DNA of 64,000 bases from Cyanobacteria bacterium P01_A01_bin.123 (GTDB taxonomy: Bacteria; Cyanobacteriota; Cyanobacteriia; Phormidesmidales; Phormidesmidaceae): positions 1-64,000 of the forward strand of contig JBCBZT010000007.1 of the NCBI GenBank assembly GCA_039815185.1, written 5' to 3'. The first letter of the stretch is position 1. Every line of letters starts with the position of its first letter. Below, in pieces: positions 11,422 to 23,049 of this stretch. The notes beneath the pieces were generated by a model. That model was not told where the DNA came from and searched no databases. It saw only the letters and a list, made by a program, of their open reading frames with translations. A program made the translations under genes and the position numbers.

Positions 11422-13209
11422 TTAAACCGTTAATGCCACCTCAGTTGAATTGGCTCCGATTGACCCAGAGTAAACCAGCCCGCGACGGGTATCGAGGGTC
11501 AAAATCGTCCCGTCCCGAATCATTTCTGTTGCATTCTTGACCCCGACAATCACAGGCACCCCAAGGCGCAACCCAATCACCGCAGCGTGCCCCGTTAGAC
11601 TGTCATCTTCGGTAACAATACCGCTAGCTCGTCGAATCGCATCAACAAAATCGGCATTGGTACGAGGAACGACCAAAATCTCTCCAGCGTTAAAATTAGC
11701 AATCTCTAAACCACTTTGGGCCACCCGTGCCCGTCCACTCACGGTACCCTCGCCAATCCCAATCCCATGACCCAAAACAGCAGTCACTAACTCCACTTTG
11801 ATTAAATCTGTTGATCCAGACACGCCTTGCAGTGTCCCCGCGGTCATCACAACTAGATCACCTTCCCGCAACAGTTTTTTTTCTTGGGCAACATTCATGG
11901 CTGCTATAAACGTTTGTCCTGTAGAAGACAAATCGAGCACCAACAGAGGGCGTACTCCCCAAACCATCTGCAACCGACGGGCTACATTCACGTGGGGCGT
12001 AACCGCCAAAATCGGTGATTGGGGTCTAAATTTCGAGACATTGCGGGCAGTTGCCCCAGTTTTGGTAAGCGTCATGATAGCCGCAGCATGGAGTTGCTGA
12101 GCAATTCGCCCAACCGCTTGGCTAATCGCATTTGGAATAGAGCGAGAATGGCTATTGATGTCATGGCGGAGGGCCATATTTTCTTGCTCAGTTCGGAGGG
12201 CAATCCGCGCCATTGTTGCCACGGCCTCTACAGGATAATCACCAACCGCTGTCTCATTCGAGAGCATGACTGCATCTGTGCCATCCAAAATCGCATTAGC
12301 CACATCTGACACCTCTGCTCGAGTAGGACGAGGGTTGCTCGCCATACTGTCCAGCATTTGAGTTGCCGTAATCACAGGAATGCCGAAACGATTAGACGTA
12401 GAAATCAGACGTTTTTGTAAAATTGGGACTTCTTCTGCCGGTAATTCAACCCCTAAATCCCCACGGGCAACCATCACCCCATCAGAAAGAGACAAAATCG
12501 CCTCCATTTGCTCAATCGCTTCATGCTTTTCAATTTTCACCACCACAGGCACTTGCTTACCTGCATTAGAGATAATTTCTTTGATTTCAAGCACATCTTG
12601 AGGATTACGAACAAAGCTCAAGGCAATCCAATCGACCCCTTGATTTAAGCCAAACATCAAGTCACGGCGATCTTTTTCCGTCAGGGCCTTAATCGAGAGA
12701 TAAACCCCAGGGAAGTTTACACCCTTGCTATTTGAAAGCTTGCCACCCACAACAACCCGACAATGGAGTTCACCGGTTTCGCGGTCAACAGTCTCAACCA
12801 ACATTTCAACTCGTCCATCGTCTAGCAAAATCGTTGATCCTGCGGGCACTTCATCCGCTAAAAGATTGTAGGTGACAGAACTCACCGTCTGCGTACCCAC
12901 CACAGCGCGACTTGTCAACGTAAACGGATCCCCTGAATTGAGCTGAATCGAGCCATGCTCAAATTTCCCCAAGCGAATTTTAGGACCTTGCAAATCCTGC
13001 AAGATACCTACAGGTTGATTCAACTCAAAGGAAACCTGACGAATCAAACGAATACTCCGCTGGTGATCTTCATGAGTCCCGTGGGAGAAATTCAAACGCA
13101 GCGTAGTGGCTCCTGCCTCAATCAAAGCCCTCAAAGTATCAAGATCTTGAGTTGCTGGCCCAATAGTGGCAACAATCTTGGTGCGACGCAAAGCGTTTCG
13201 TAATTGCAT
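11422..13209 (-). CDS. pyk: Pyruvate kinase with C-terminal PEP-utilizer mobile domain
   Basis: RRTKIVATIGPA, MVARGDLGVE, ATQMLDSM; C-terminal GHAAVIGLRLGVP. Confidence 0.98.
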   Translation of the reverse strand: MQLRNALRRTKIVATIGPATQDLDTLRALIEAGATTLRLNFSHGTHEDHQRSIRLIRQVSFELNQPVGILQDLQGPKIRLGKFEHGSIQLNSGDPFTLTSRAVVGTQTVSSVTYNLLADEVPAGSTILLDDGRVEMLVETVDRETGELHCRVVVGGKLSNSKGVNFPGVYLSIKALTEKDRRDLMFGLNQGVDWIALSFVRNPQDVLEIKEIISNAGKQVPVVVKIEKHEAIEQMEAILSLSDGVMVARGDLGVELPAEEVPILQKRLISTSNRFGIPVITATQMLDSMASNPRPTRAEVSDVANAILDGTDAVMLSNETAVGDYPVEAVATMARIALRTEQENMALRHDINSHSRSIPNAISQAVGRIAQQLHAAAIMTLTKTGATARNVSKFRPQSPILAVTPHVNVARRLQMVWGVRPLLVLDLSSTGQTFIAAMNVAQEKKLLREGDLVVMTAGTLQGVSGSTDLIKVELVTAVLGHGIGIGEGTVSGRARVAQSGLEIANFNAGEILVVPRTNADFVDAIRRASGIVTEDDSLTGHAAVIGLRLGVPVIVGVKNATEMIRDGTILTLDTRRGLVYSGSIGANSTEVALTV

Positions 13210-13613
13210 AAGCTAGGCTCTTGGATAAACATAAACCTCTCCACATCCAGATCCATAGATTTTCCCTGAGCTCAAGCTCAAGGTTCTAAATCGGATGCGG
13301 TTTAGAACGCAGACGCTAGAGAGTAATCTTTATAGCGCACCACAGACAATCTAATAGAGCAACAGGACAATGGCATCTCCGCTGCTTATCATCCCATGTC
13401 CAGCAGATACTTCTGTCTATCATTCGTTCAGGGCACTGTGTTATCTGAGTAAAAACTAAGGGCTGAAGCGCTGACTTAAGGGTAAATCTGTAATCTACGA
13501 CTCGGGCTATCTGTCAAGGAAAGAACCATCAGATGAGTTAATGTCACAAAACTTTATTATTCACTCTCCGTAGCGTATACTACCGGAAACAGTTCTGAAG
13601 GAGTAAGACGCCG

Positions 13614-14546
13614 ATGTCGGCGGCAATGCAGCCCCTGACAATTCGTAAAACCGTTCCCCCTGAGCTCTTGAAGGCAGATGGTGGCTTGAGCCTCAATATG
13701 GCTATGTTCCTGACAGCGTTAGGTTTGGTAATAGGTTCAACCACTGGATACTTTCAGTGGGGACTGCCTGCTTGGTGCTGTTTTACGCTGAACACCTTGG
13801 CTTTGCATCTAGTTGGTACGGTTATTCATGATGCATCACACCACGCAGCCCATCGCAATCGAGCAGTCAATGCACTGCTGGGTCACGGTAGCGCACTAAT
13901 GCTAGGATTCGCATTTCCCGTGTTTACGCGGGTTCACATGCAACATCATGCTCATGTTAATGATCCAGACAACGACCCCGACCATTTTGTTTCCACGGGT
14001 GGGCCACTTTGGTTAATTGCAGCCCGCTTTTTTTACCACGAGATCTACTTTTTTAAGCGTCGCCTTTGGCGCAACTGGGAGCTCCTGGAGTGGTTTATAA
14101 GCCGCGCAATTGTGGCGGCTATTGTGATCACCGCTCTTCACTTCGGGTTTCTGTCGTATATCTTCAATTTCTGGTTTTCTCCAGCCTTGGTCGTAGGCAT
14201 CGCGCTGGGTTTATTTTTTGACTATTTACCCCATCGACCCTTTGAAGAGCGCGATCGCTGGAAGAATGCCCGCGTTTACCCAGGTGCTTTTCTCAACCTA
14301 CTGATTATGGGTCAGAACTACCATTTAGTTCATCACCTATGGCCCTCTATCCCCTGGTACAAGTACAAACCCGCCTATGAAACCATGAAACCCTTGCTTG
14401 ATCAAAAAGGCTCGCCTCAATCTTTGGGGCTCCTACAAGGCAAAGACTTTTTTGAGTTTCTCTACGATTTGTTCTTAGGTATTCGAGTACATCACAAACA
14501 GCCTTTTAGCTTTCTATTCAAAAATTCTGAAGATCCTAAAGTTTAG
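13614..14546 (+). CDS. crtR: Beta-carotene hydroxylase
   Basis: His boxes HDASH, HMQHH, HLVHH; DPDNDPDHFVSTGGPLWLIAARFFYHE. Confidence 0.93.
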   Translation: MSAAMQPLTIRKTVPPELLKADGGLSLNMAMFLTALGLVIGSTTGYFQWGLPAWCCFTLNTLALHLVGTVIHDASHHAAHRNRAVNALLGHGSALMLGFAFPVFTRVHMQHHAHVNDPDNDPDHFVSTGGPLWLIAARFFYHEIYFFKRRLWRNWELLEWFISRAIVAAIVITALHFGFLSYIFNFWFSPALVVGIALGLFFDYLPHRPFEERDRWKNARVYPGAFLNLLIMGQNYHLVHHLWPSIPWYKYKPAYETMKPLLDQKGSPQSLGLLQGKDFFEFLYDLFLGIRVHHKQPFSFLFKNSEDPKV

Positions 14547-14643
14547 TCAATACGCTCAAACCGATTTGAAATCAGAGTTTTTTTGTTTAGAAGAAAATTG
14601 TGAATCTGGATAAACTTAACGTTAATTTCCACCCAGTTTGACG

Positions 14644-15060
14644 TCATTCATGGTGGGTTGATAACCCCATCGGTGATACACCCCAATCTGGTCGCAAGCT
14701 TTTGGCACCCCTCAGATAGGGGTGCTGAATTTCACAGTGAGCAACTGGTAGATAAGCGTGAATCAAAAATCGAATGCAGCGGCAGAGACTACCTTCGACA
14801 TGCATCTGCTGAACGTCTAGCAGCGCGACATTGTCCCAATTTGGCCGTTGACGAGCAATTTTAGCGGGAAATACCGCATCTATGTCTTGGGTTGCAGAAA
14901 AAGTGGCGCTAATAATGTTGTTTGGATCTAATTGGTTGCGCCATTCCAATTCATCTAGCAGTTCCTGAACGGCTTCGGTAATCGCTTCAACCGTATTCTC
15001 TCTTACGGTAGTTGCACCGCGTATTGCTCGAACTCGCCAGTCTGCGTCAGGCTTCTCCAT
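14644..15060 (-). CDS. aroH: AroH-type chorismate mutase
   Basis: VRAIRGATT, FPAKIAR, RCIRFLIH, YLRGAKSLRPDW. Confidence 0.96.
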   Translation of the reverse strand: MEKPDADWRVRAIRGATTVRENTVEAITEAVQELLDELEWRNQLDPNNIISATFSATQDIDAVFPAKIARQRPNWDNVALLDVQQMHVEGSLCRCIRFLIHAYLPVAHCEIQHPYLRGAKSLRPDWGVSPMGLSTHHE

Positions 15061-15159
15061 GTAGTCCCGTATCCCTGTTGTCCGTGTTTGAACGTCACCG
15101 ATTAGGATTCCATCCTACCAATGGATTGATGCCCCTCCATATTTTGCGGCATAAGTTGT

Positions 15160-16005
15160 TTAAGGGCGATAAAGCCATAGAGGCAAGCCGTTGGTGGCGA
15201 GCTCAAACTCCAGGTGGTGAGTTAGAGTGGCGATATCGGTGGGGTTAATTAAGCTTAAGGACAATTCTTGGCTTTGCCCCCCTGGCAAGAAACGATTCCA
15301 AAAGGGTTTACGTTCTTCTAAGCTGTAATACTCGGTTTTTTGGGGGTCGAGTCCAGCTAACTCCGCAGCCCATAGACGAGCATCTTCTTCACTCCCCAGA
15401 CGATCGACAACGCCTAGCGTTAAAGCTTGTTGACCTGTAAAGATACGGCCATCGGCAAAGCTTTTAACAGTTTCAACAGTGAGCTTGCGCGCATCTGCAA
15501 CGGTTTGTACGAATTGCTGATAACTAACGTCAATCAATTCTTGCAGAATAGTTTGCTCAGGCTCAGTCAGCTCCCGATCAAAGGACAGAATATCCTTGTA
15601 GGGCCCTGATTTAATGACCTTGAAGGACACCCCCACCTTGTCTAACAAGCGCTCTAAATTATTGCCGCGCAGAATTACACCAATACTGCCGGTGATCGTG
15701 CCTGGGTTAGACACAATATGTTCAGCCCCCATGCCAATGTAAACGCCTCCTGAGGCTGAAATGTTGCCAAAACTAGCCACAATCTTGACTTTTTCGCGTA
15801 GCCGCAGCAGCGCGTTATAAATTTCCTGAGAATCACCGACGGTACCGCCAGGGCTATCAATGCGCAGCAAGAGTGCCGGAAATTTTTTTTCTTCAACTTC
15901 TTTGAGCGCTTCGAGAACGCGTTTACGAGTCGCGCCTGCGATCGCACCCGTAATTTCAATGCGGGCGATTTGTTTACGAAAGCGGGGCTTGAAGGGCCAA
16001 ATCAT
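15160..16005 (-). CDS. sppA: Signal peptide peptidase SppA (S49, short form)
   Basis: IDSPGG, ASGGVY, TGSIGV, KSGPYKD, ADGRIFTG. Confidence 0.95.
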   Translation of the reverse strand: MIWPFKPRFRKQIARIEITGAIAGATRKRVLEALKEVEEKKFPALLLRIDSPGGTVGDSQEIYNALLRLREKVKIVASFGNISASGGVYIGMGAEHIVSNPGTITGSIGVILRGNNLERLLDKVGVSFKVIKSGPYKDILSFDRELTEPEQTILQELIDVSYQQFVQTVADARKLTVETVKSFADGRIFTGQQALTLGVVDRLGSEEDARLWAAELAGLDPQKTEYYSLEERKPFWNRFLPGGQSQELSLSLINPTDIATLTHHLEFELATNGLPLWLYRP

Positions 16006-16301
16006 AACTCTTGTCCGTGGTGTCTGTCGGTCTTAAACTTTACTCAAAGAAATCAGCCGTATGCATTTAGAGGGCTGATACTGCTAAGCCAGCCATATTA
16101 GCTAACTTCATCATGATCTCAGGCGTATAAGCTTAACATTATTTAAGATAAGACTAAGATAAACCATATCCGATCTGAAACCTTGAGCAGGCACGTGAGA
16201 TTCTACACCTCCCGAGCGAAAAAACGTTTGAGCTTTTAGCTCAGGAAAGTGAGATTTGGATGTGGACGAGATTTAATTTCCGAATAAAGCATCGATCACC
16301 C

Positions 16302-17336
16302 ATGGACACCAAGGCTATTCAGTCTCGACTCTCGAGTTTCCCCCTAATTTTGATCGCGCCATTTTTCCTCTGGGGAACTGCAATGGTCGCCATGAAAGGC
16401 ATCATCGATGAAACCACACCTTTGTTTTTAGCCGGGATACGGTTATTACCCGCCGGTGGATTAGTCTTAGTTGCTGCCTTCTGGATGAACCGCCCCCAAC
16501 CCAAAAGCTGGAAAGCCTGGCTTTGGATTGGGCTATTTGCGCTTGTGGATGGCACTCTGTTTCAGGGCTTTTTGGCTGAGGGCCTCCAGCGGACTGGCGC
16601 AGGTTTGGGTTCAGTGATGATTGACTCCCAACCGCTAGCTGTCGCGGTGATGGCCCGTTTTTTGTTTAGGGAATTTGTGGGTGTCATTGGCTGGATTGGT
16701 TTAATTATAGGAATTTTGGGCATTAGTCTATTGGGTTTACCCGATGATTGGGTACTAGCGTTATTTCGTGGAAAAATTGCAATCGGCAGCACCGAGCTGG
16801 GTAAAGCTGCCCTTGAAGGACTGTTTCAACAAGGTGAATGGTTAATGCTAATGGCCGCGCTTTCCATGGCGGTTGGAACCATTTTGATCCGCTATGTCTG
16901 TCATCATGCCGATCCGATTGTGGCAACTGGGTGGCACATGATTTTAGGGAGTATCCCATTATTCATCAGCTCTAGCTTGGTCGAAACGAACCAGTGGCAA
17001 CAGCTAGGGGGAGCAGATTGGGGTGCGATCGCCTATGCCACAATCTTTGGCAGCGCGATCGCTTATGGCATCTTTTTCCATTTAGCCTCCAAAGGTAGCT
17101 TGACCAGCTTAAGTGCTTTGACATTTTTAACCCCTGTTTTCGCACTGCTGTTTGGCAATCTCTTCTTGGGTGAAGTGCTGACTCAGATCCAATGGATCGG
17201 CGTTGGATTCACACTCATCAGCATCTATCTCATTAATCAACGCCAGCAACTCACAGCATTCTTCAATAGTCAAAAGCCCCAGGCTTGCCAAGAAAAACGC
17301 CCCCTGGAACCAAGCACCCTCAAATCAGACTCTTAA
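16302..17336 (+). CDS. DMT/EamA family transporter
   Basis: About 10 hydrophobic helices; PFFLWGTAMVAMK, FLTPVFALLFG. Confidence 0.92.
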   Translation: MDTKAIQSRLSSFPLILIAPFFLWGTAMVAMKGIIDETTPLFLAGIRLLPAGGLVLVAAFWMNRPQPKSWKAWLWIGLFALVDGTLFQGFLAEGLQRTGAGLGSVMIDSQPLAVAVMARFLFREFVGVIGWIGLIIGILGISLLGLPDDWVLALFRGKIAIGSTELGKAALEGLFQQGEWLMLMAALSMAVGTILIRYVCHHADPIVATGWHMILGSIPLFISSSLVETNQWQQLGGADWGAIAYATIFGSAIAYGIFFHLASKGSLTSLSALTFLTPVFALLFGNLFLGEVLTQIQWIGVGFTLISIYLINQRQQLTAFFNSQKPQACQEKRPLEPSTLKSDS

Positions 17337-17731
17337 ATCTCAAGACAGAGCCCCCGAATGCCACCAGGGAAAATGGTGGATCATAGATATGGCCAGAGGT
17401 GAGTTGGTAACGGGCTCTCGAGATTGGCCACTTTTAAATTGTTTTAAACTTATAAACAAAGTAGGTTAAAGTTTGTGTAGGGTTTGCATGCTGCGGATGT
17501 TGCAATCGAACTGAGTAAAATAAATTAAGACTGTTAGTCTTTGCTGACCTTGGCGCTGGGTTTGAGTTCTGTAAGACAGCTACGGGTAACGGATCGACCC
17601 AAGTCGCATCTATACCAAATAGATTGGGTTGCAAGAAACTTAGTTAAGCTTAATTAAGTCAGGGGTTTATAGGGGTGTGGGTGTGGGCAAAGACGCCATT
17701 AAGGTGCAGAGGAGATAAAGCGCTAATTGTG

Positions 17732-19207
17732 ATGATCCATCGTTCTACTCTGCTGGTACTGGCGCATCTTATTGTTTTGGGGAGCGCTCTCCCTGGAGCA
17801 GCAAAAAATTTCAGTGCCGTGGCATCAGCGGTAACAACCATAGCTCAAGCACAAACAAACTCAGATTCATCTCCTCAAGCTGAAACCTTAGACAAGCGAG
17901 ATGTGCTTGACTTACAGGTTCGCCTCCAATCTTTGGGATACTACAACCAAGCCGTTGACGGAATCTACGGACAAGATACTGTAGAAGCCCTTAAACGATT
18001 TCAAGCAGATGCAGGTCTCCCAGTCACAGGGGTTGTCGATGCTACCACCCTTGATCAGTTACAAAATCCACAGCTTCTATCTTCAATCGAAGCGCCTAGC
18101 GATGCTCAAACGACTGATGGATCTGTAGATCCGACTTCCGAGACTCCCGAAACAACAGCAACCGAAGAGCCCGATGCCACAATTGCTGAAATTATTGGCG
18201 AAGGCGCAGATGGCGAATCAGAGAATCCGCCCAATGAAGCCTCAAATTCAACTGATGGCGACCCGTCGACCGCAGATCCTGATAACCAGTCGGCATCATC
18301 AGAAGGAGAAGTTTCAACGAATTCTGGCAACACGCCAGAGCAAGCTGGTGACAATGGCGTCAGATGGCTACTGTGGTTGGTTTTAGCTGCAGCCGCGATC
18401 GCTAGTCTCGGCGGTGGGTTAATTGTTGCGACTCGGTCTGGACAGGCACAAGCAGAAGACGATGACGCCCAAGACGATGAGGATGATATTGATGCTCGCA
18501 CCGCAAGCATCAATGTTAAGGTCAATTCGTCTCAGACTGGCGTTTTCCCGACTAACCTGTTTGGAAAAACCCCAAAAGTTTCACCGCCCCCGACTCAATC
18601 ATCCCCCTTGCCTTCTACGAATGGCCATAAACCCTCAGAAACAAAACCGGAGGTGAAAACGCCGATTAGCTCTAACTCCCTTTCTAACCAAACGGGTCAA
18701 ACTACCCGAATAATGCCGAGGTTAGATGTCGTCGAAGCGCTGGTTGAAGATTTACAAAGTACGACACCGGCCAAACGGAAACGGGCGATTTGGGAGCTCG
18801 GACAGCGAGGCAGCTCTGTGGCACTGCAACCCTTAGTAAATCTGCTGTTAGATGCAGACTCCAAGGAGCGTAGCTTAATTTTGGCGGCTGTGTCTGAGAT
18901 CAGCACGCGCAGCTTGAAGCCCATGAATCAGGCCCTCGCAATCGCCTTACAGGATCCCAATCCTGAAGTGCGCAAAAATGCTATTCGCGATATTACACGG
19001 GTTTATGACTTAACCGCCCAAGCAGCTCAAATGCTGGCTCATGTCCAAACCGACAGTGACCCGGAAGTACAGGCAACGGCCAGGTGGGCGTTAGGGCAAC
19101 TTGGCCGTCTGCGTACAATTGCAATGCAAGAAGGCCAGCCAGCACTTCCGGATGTTTCTATACCTGCCTCTGATTTTCTTCCAGAAGAATCCCACAAGCA
19201 GTCATAG
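17732..19207 (+). CDS. Membrane protein with periplasmic peptidoglycan-binding domain and cytoplasmic HEAT repeats
   Basis: Signal peptide; LQVRLQSLGYY...DGIYG..T..ALKRFQ; TM helix; HEAT-like repeats (AIWELGQRG, DPNPEVRKNA). Confidence 0.85.
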   Translation: MIHRSTLLVLAHLIVLGSALPGAAKNFSAVASAVTTIAQAQTNSDSSPQAETLDKRDVLDLQVRLQSLGYYNQAVDGIYGQDTVEALKRFQADAGLPVTGVVDATTLDQLQNPQLLSSIEAPSDAQTTDGSVDPTSETPETTATEEPDATIAEIIGEGADGESENPPNEASNSTDGDPSTADPDNQSASSEGEVSTNSGNTPEQAGDNGVRWLLWLVLAAAAIASLGGGLIVATRSGQAQAEDDDAQDDEDDIDARTASINVKVNSSQTGVFPTNLFGKTPKVSPPPTQSSPLPSTNGHKPSETKPEVKTPISSNSLSNQTGQTTRIMPRLDVVEALVEDLQSTTPAKRKRAIWELGQRGSSVALQPLVNLLLDADSKERSLILAAVSEISTRSLKPMNQALAIALQDPNPEVRKNAIRDITRVYDLTAQAAQMLAHVQTDSDPEVQATARWALGQLGRLRTIAMQEGQPALPDVSIPASDFLPEESHKQS

Positions 19208-19257
19208 GCCAAAGACCCTGCTGTTAATTTGGGCGGTCTATCCGTTGCGTACGTGCT

Positions 19258-20382
19258 ATGGTTGCGTCTCTGCGTAATTCTGAACAACACGCCTTGAAAT
19301 TGTTGTTGCTATCTACCCCAGTAGGGCCCTTGGGCTCTGGCTGTGGGGGTGGCGTTGAATTAACCCTGGTCAATCTGACCCAAGCGCTTTATCGTCGCGG
19401 CCATCAAGTGCAGGTGGTCGCCCCGGCAGGCTCAGTACTCAAAACCGCAGAAATAGTTCATATTGAGGGACAATCGCCACCTACGGCTCATACTCACGGG
19501 CGTCAAACCCCTACAGTCATGCCTCCTGATTCAGTGTTGGCCCATATGTGGCACTATGCCCAATCTCATCAACATGACTTTGATTTGATTGTGAATTTTG
19601 CCTACGACTGGCTGCCTTTCTATTTGACCCCTTTTTTTGAAACACCCGTTGCCCATTTTGTCAGTATGGGTTCTTTATCGGTGGCTATGGATGAAGCTAT
19701 ACATCAGGTGGCGGCAGCCTTTCCAAAGTGCGTTGGCGTCTACACTCAGGCCCAAGCCAGCACCTTTGTCGATAGTCAGCCTTATCACATATTAGGAAGC
19801 GCTATAGATCTTGATAGCTATCAATTTTGTCTCAAGCCTGGCCAATCTCTAGCTTGGCTAGGTCGGATTTCACCCGAGAAGGGGCTAGAAGATGCGATCG
19901 CAGCAGTACAAGCTGCCAATACCCCCCTCAAAATATTGGGCAAGCTCGAAGACACAGACTATTGGCAACAGATTCAAACTGACTATCCCAATGCCCCTGT
20001 TGATTATTTAGGGTTTCTACCCACGGGCGATCTCCAGGCTGTGTTAGGTCAATGCCGCGCCCTGCTAATGACCCCCCGTTGGATCGAAGCCTTTGGCAAT
20101 GTCGCCATTGAAGCCTTAGCCTGCGGCGTCCCTGTGATTGCCTATAAACGGGGTGGCCCAGCGGAAATTATTCGGCATGGACAGACAGGATGGCTCGTGG
20201 AACCCGACAATGTGGCTGGGCTAGTTGACGCGATCGCCCACATTGATCAACTCGATCGCCATGCCTGCCGGGCCCAAGCAGAACAAGAATATTCATTATC
20301 TGCGCTAGGCGATCGCTTTGAACAATGGTTCTATGACATCCTAGCCACTGACTCATGCCATGTCCGAAAGCAGGATCCATAG
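19258..20382 (+). CDS. Glycosyltransferase family 4
   Basis: GGGVE, GRISPEKG, EAFGNVAIEALACGVPV. Confidence 0.93.
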   Translation: MVASLRNSEQHALKLLLLSTPVGPLGSGCGGGVELTLVNLTQALYRRGHQVQVVAPAGSVLKTAEIVHIEGQSPPTAHTHGRQTPTVMPPDSVLAHMWHYAQSHQHDFDLIVNFAYDWLPFYLTPFFETPVAHFVSMGSLSVAMDEAIHQVAAAFPKCVGVYTQAQASTFVDSQPYHILGSAIDLDSYQFCLKPGQSLAWLGRISPEKGLEDAIAAVQAANTPLKILGKLEDTDYWQQIQTDYPNAPVDYLGFLPTGDLQAVLGQCRALLMTPRWIEAFGNVAIEALACGVPVIAYKRGGPAEIIRHGQTGWLVEPDNVAGLVDAIAHIDQLDRHACRAQAEQEYSLSALGDRFEQWFYDILATDSCHVRKQDP

Positions 20383-20400
20383 CTCAGCGATTAGGTGCGC

Positions 20401-21057
20401 CTACGCCTGATCACTTTTCTCCATAGCAGCAGCCTGGAAAGCAGCAATCGTTTGGTCTAGTTGGACCAAGTCTCGATTAATCTCGTGCCACAGAGATTTA
20501 TTGTGGGGATCGGTGGCCAGCGCCTTTTTCAGATAAATATGCGCCTTAGAAAATTGATACTGGGAAATCAAATAGCGTCCCCAACGTTGATAGGTGATCG
20601 CCTGCCACTGGCGCACTTCAGGATCCCGGGGAATCCGCTGGGCTAAGCCCTCAACCAACGCGATCGCACGGGGCAATCGTTGCTGTCGAAAGAGAGTTTG
20701 TAGCTGTTCATAGAAAACTTGTTTCAGTCGCTGATCTTCGGTAGATAAATCAGGATTGACTCGCACCTTGGGTAACGGTTCTACTGATTCGGACTGATCG
20801 GCTTGGGATCGCCCCGCTTCAGCCCCATCGCTTTTAGTTACCGCCCCAGTAGACGTTGACAGTTCACTGGGGTGCACGACCTGAACAATTTCTCGGTAGG
20901 CTTCGGTAATGCGAATGAAGCGTTCTTTCGCATGCTCATCACCTGGATTGATGTCCGGGTGATACTGGCGAGCAAGTCGACGATAGGCTCCTTTAACAGA
21001 TTCAAAATCGGCACTTTCCCGCAACCCTAGGGCTCGGTAATAGTCAGCGAGGTTCAT
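20401..21057 (-). CDS. J-domain protein with C-terminal TPR
   Basis: DYYRALGL...[16 protein letters not shown] (HPD motif) and a TPR-like C-terminus. Confidence 0.92.
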   Translation of the reverse strand: MNLADYYRALGLRESADFESVKGAYRRLARQYHPDINPGDEHAKERFIRITEAYREIVQVVHPSELSTSTGAVTKSDGAEAGRSQADQSESVEPLPKVRVNPDLSTEDQRLKQVFYEQLQTLFRQQRLPRAIALVEGLAQRIPRDPEVRQWQAITYQRWGRYLISQYQFSKAHIYLKKALATDPHNKSLWHEINRDLVQLDQTIAAFQAAAMEKSDQA

Positions 21058-21112
21058 TGCAATTGCACTGGCAGAAGGCTTTGAATTCACAAAATCTAAC
21101 CTAGAAACTGAG

Positions 21113-21709
21113 TTACCGATTCATTTGGCGCTTTAAATCTTCCAATTCTTCTTCCGTTTCCCACTGCTGAAAGGTCTCTTCAAGCGGATCGAGGGGGCGA
21201 TTAAAGCTGGAATAGGAAGATTGGGCCCAATCTTTTTTACCCCATTGGGACGCCGATTTATAACTGGCCTCAGATGAGTTAGCCGCCCTGCTAGCCTCAG
21301 CCTGGGCAATTTTAATTTTGAGTTCTTTGCGCTTGGTATGAATCTTTTGCTGCAAATCGCGGGTGTGTTGAACCCGTTCCTTTACCCCCTTCATTTGACC
21401 CCAAAGATGATTACCCTGGCGCAATAACGTGGATTCTCGTTCTTGAGCAGCTTGCAGCAAGTCGATCCGATTTGCCGCTCGGGCCTTTTCAATCCGACCA
21501 TGCCACCGCTTAATTTCTTGGGCGGTGGATAAAATGCTATCTTCTAGCTGCTTTTCACGCCGCTTCAGATCACCCAGCAGACTAATTGCATCTTCTTCTT
21601 GGCCCCGCAGTTGATCTTCGAGGGCCAAAAGTTCCAGGTGGGGATTGGCCTGTAAAAACTCGTCCAGCCGAGTTTCTAAAAACCGACTGAAATCCTCGAA
21701 CAAGCCCAT
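21113..21709 (-). CDS. Cyanobacterial PspA-like coiled-coil protein (TIGR04376-like)
   Basis: [25 protein letters not shown]; ends [17 protein letters not shown]. Confidence 0.85.
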   Translation of the reverse strand: MGLFEDFSRFLETRLDEFLQANPHLELLALEDQLRGQEEDAISLLGDLKRREKQLEDSILSTAQEIKRWHGRIEKARAANRIDLLQAAQERESTLLRQGNHLWGQMKGVKERVQHTRDLQQKIHTKRKELKIKIAQAEASRAANSSEASYKSASQWGKKDWAQSSYSSFNRPLDPLEETFQQWETEEELEDLKRQMNR

Positions 21710-21753
21710 AGTATTGACTCCTATCTTTGGCCAGACGCCTTTAGCCAGAAACT

Positions 21754-22779
21754 TTAGAACTGTTGCCCAACAAACACTGATCGTACATCGCCGTTACGAC
21801 GAATCACAGCTTCTTGATTTGCCACAGATACCAAAGTCCAACCGCTTGCAGCAATATTTTGCCCTACATAAATGCGTTGAGGTACCCCATTGACCTCAAA
21901 TAACGCTGCTGAGCGATCGCCTAATTCCAAAATTCCCACCAACAAGTGGGTGAGTGTGGGCGCAACATTGGGAGGATTGGCCGCAGCCGCAGTCGGTGCA
22001 GGCGTCGGTGCACCAGTTCCCAGATTGGGGGCAGTCGCAGTGGCTTGCGGCGGTTGATACACCGGGATATAGATTCGCTCAATCACATTGGGCGACCCAC
22101 TGGATGCGGCAGCCGTTCCTGGCAATGGCGGGAGAGCACCCGCTCCAGCAGGAGCAGAATTTACGCTGACAGCAGGCAACGGTGCCGCTAGCCCATTACT
22201 GGCAACTGCGGCATTCGTCTGAGACTGAGACTCGATCACATCAAGTGATCGCCGTAAATATTCTAAAAATTGCCCATCGGCTTGAGCCTGTAATTCTGCC
22301 GGGGAGGCCACGGGTTGGGCAATGGGTTGAGCCGTTTGAGGCTTTTGCTGACTGTTGAGCCACCAAAGCCCAGCGGTGAAGAACATTGACATGCAAGTAG
22401 CCCCCAACAAAAGCCGCCGATTCGATAGCCGCTTTAGCCAGCGCTGCTTAAAGGTTAATCCAGCCTGCTCAGATTCGGCATCAGGGAGAGAGCCCTCAAA
22501 CTGCGGCAAATCCAAAGCGCCAGACAGTGACATCAAGGTTGATGTTCCCCCTTCGCCCTCCCGCCAACCATCTTCCCTGGCTGGGTTCAGACTACTCGGA
22601 TCAACTAACGCGATCGCACCCGGTTCGTCACTTAACAACCGATCGACATCGTCGAACAACTCTGTCATCAGGTTGTCAGCATAGGCATCAGCCATGTTGC
22701 AAGCATCTGGATCAAAGCGATCGACATCTGCTTCTGGGATGGGTCTAGTCAGAGGTTCAGGAAAGTTGAGCTCGGTCAT
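21754..22779 (-). CDS. Single-TM hypothetical protein with PilP/GspC-like C-terminal beta domain
   Basis: TM segment, Pro/Ala-rich linker, LVGILELGDRSAALFEVNG...GWTLVSV...VFVGQQF. Confidence 0.75.
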   Translation of the reverse strand: MTELNFPEPLTRPIPEADVDRFDPDACNMADAYADNLMTELFDDVDRLLSDEPGAIALVDPSSLNPAREDGWREGEGGTSTLMSLSGALDLPQFEGSLPDAESEQAGLTFKQRWLKRLSNRRLLLGATCMSMFFTAGLWWLNSQQKPQTAQPIAQPVASPAELQAQADGQFLEYLRRSLDVIESQSQTNAAVASNGLAAPLPAVSVNSAPAGAGALPPLPGTAAASSGSPNVIERIYIPVYQPPQATATAPNLGTGAPTPAPTAAAANPPNVAPTLTHLLVGILELGDRSAALFEVNGVPQRIYVGQNIAASGWTLVSVANQEAVIRRNGDVRSVFVGQQF

Positions 22780-23049
22780 ACGACAGGTCTATGGATTGCA
22801 ACTGGACGATTCACCCTGATGGTTTGAAGTCACTGCCTGAAAACTAATAGGGTACATCGCAAACACCAGAATGGTGCAACAAATGTTCAAGTACTCCTCG
22901 ACAGTGGATGCAGCTTGGATCTTCAGCAAAAAATTGCCTTAACTATAGAAGATTTCATCCTCAGTGACGTATTAACTTACGCAAAATTTGAGCTTCAGGT
23001 CGCCAATCAGATTTGATTTATAAAGATTGTTGACAGATCTGTTTTATCA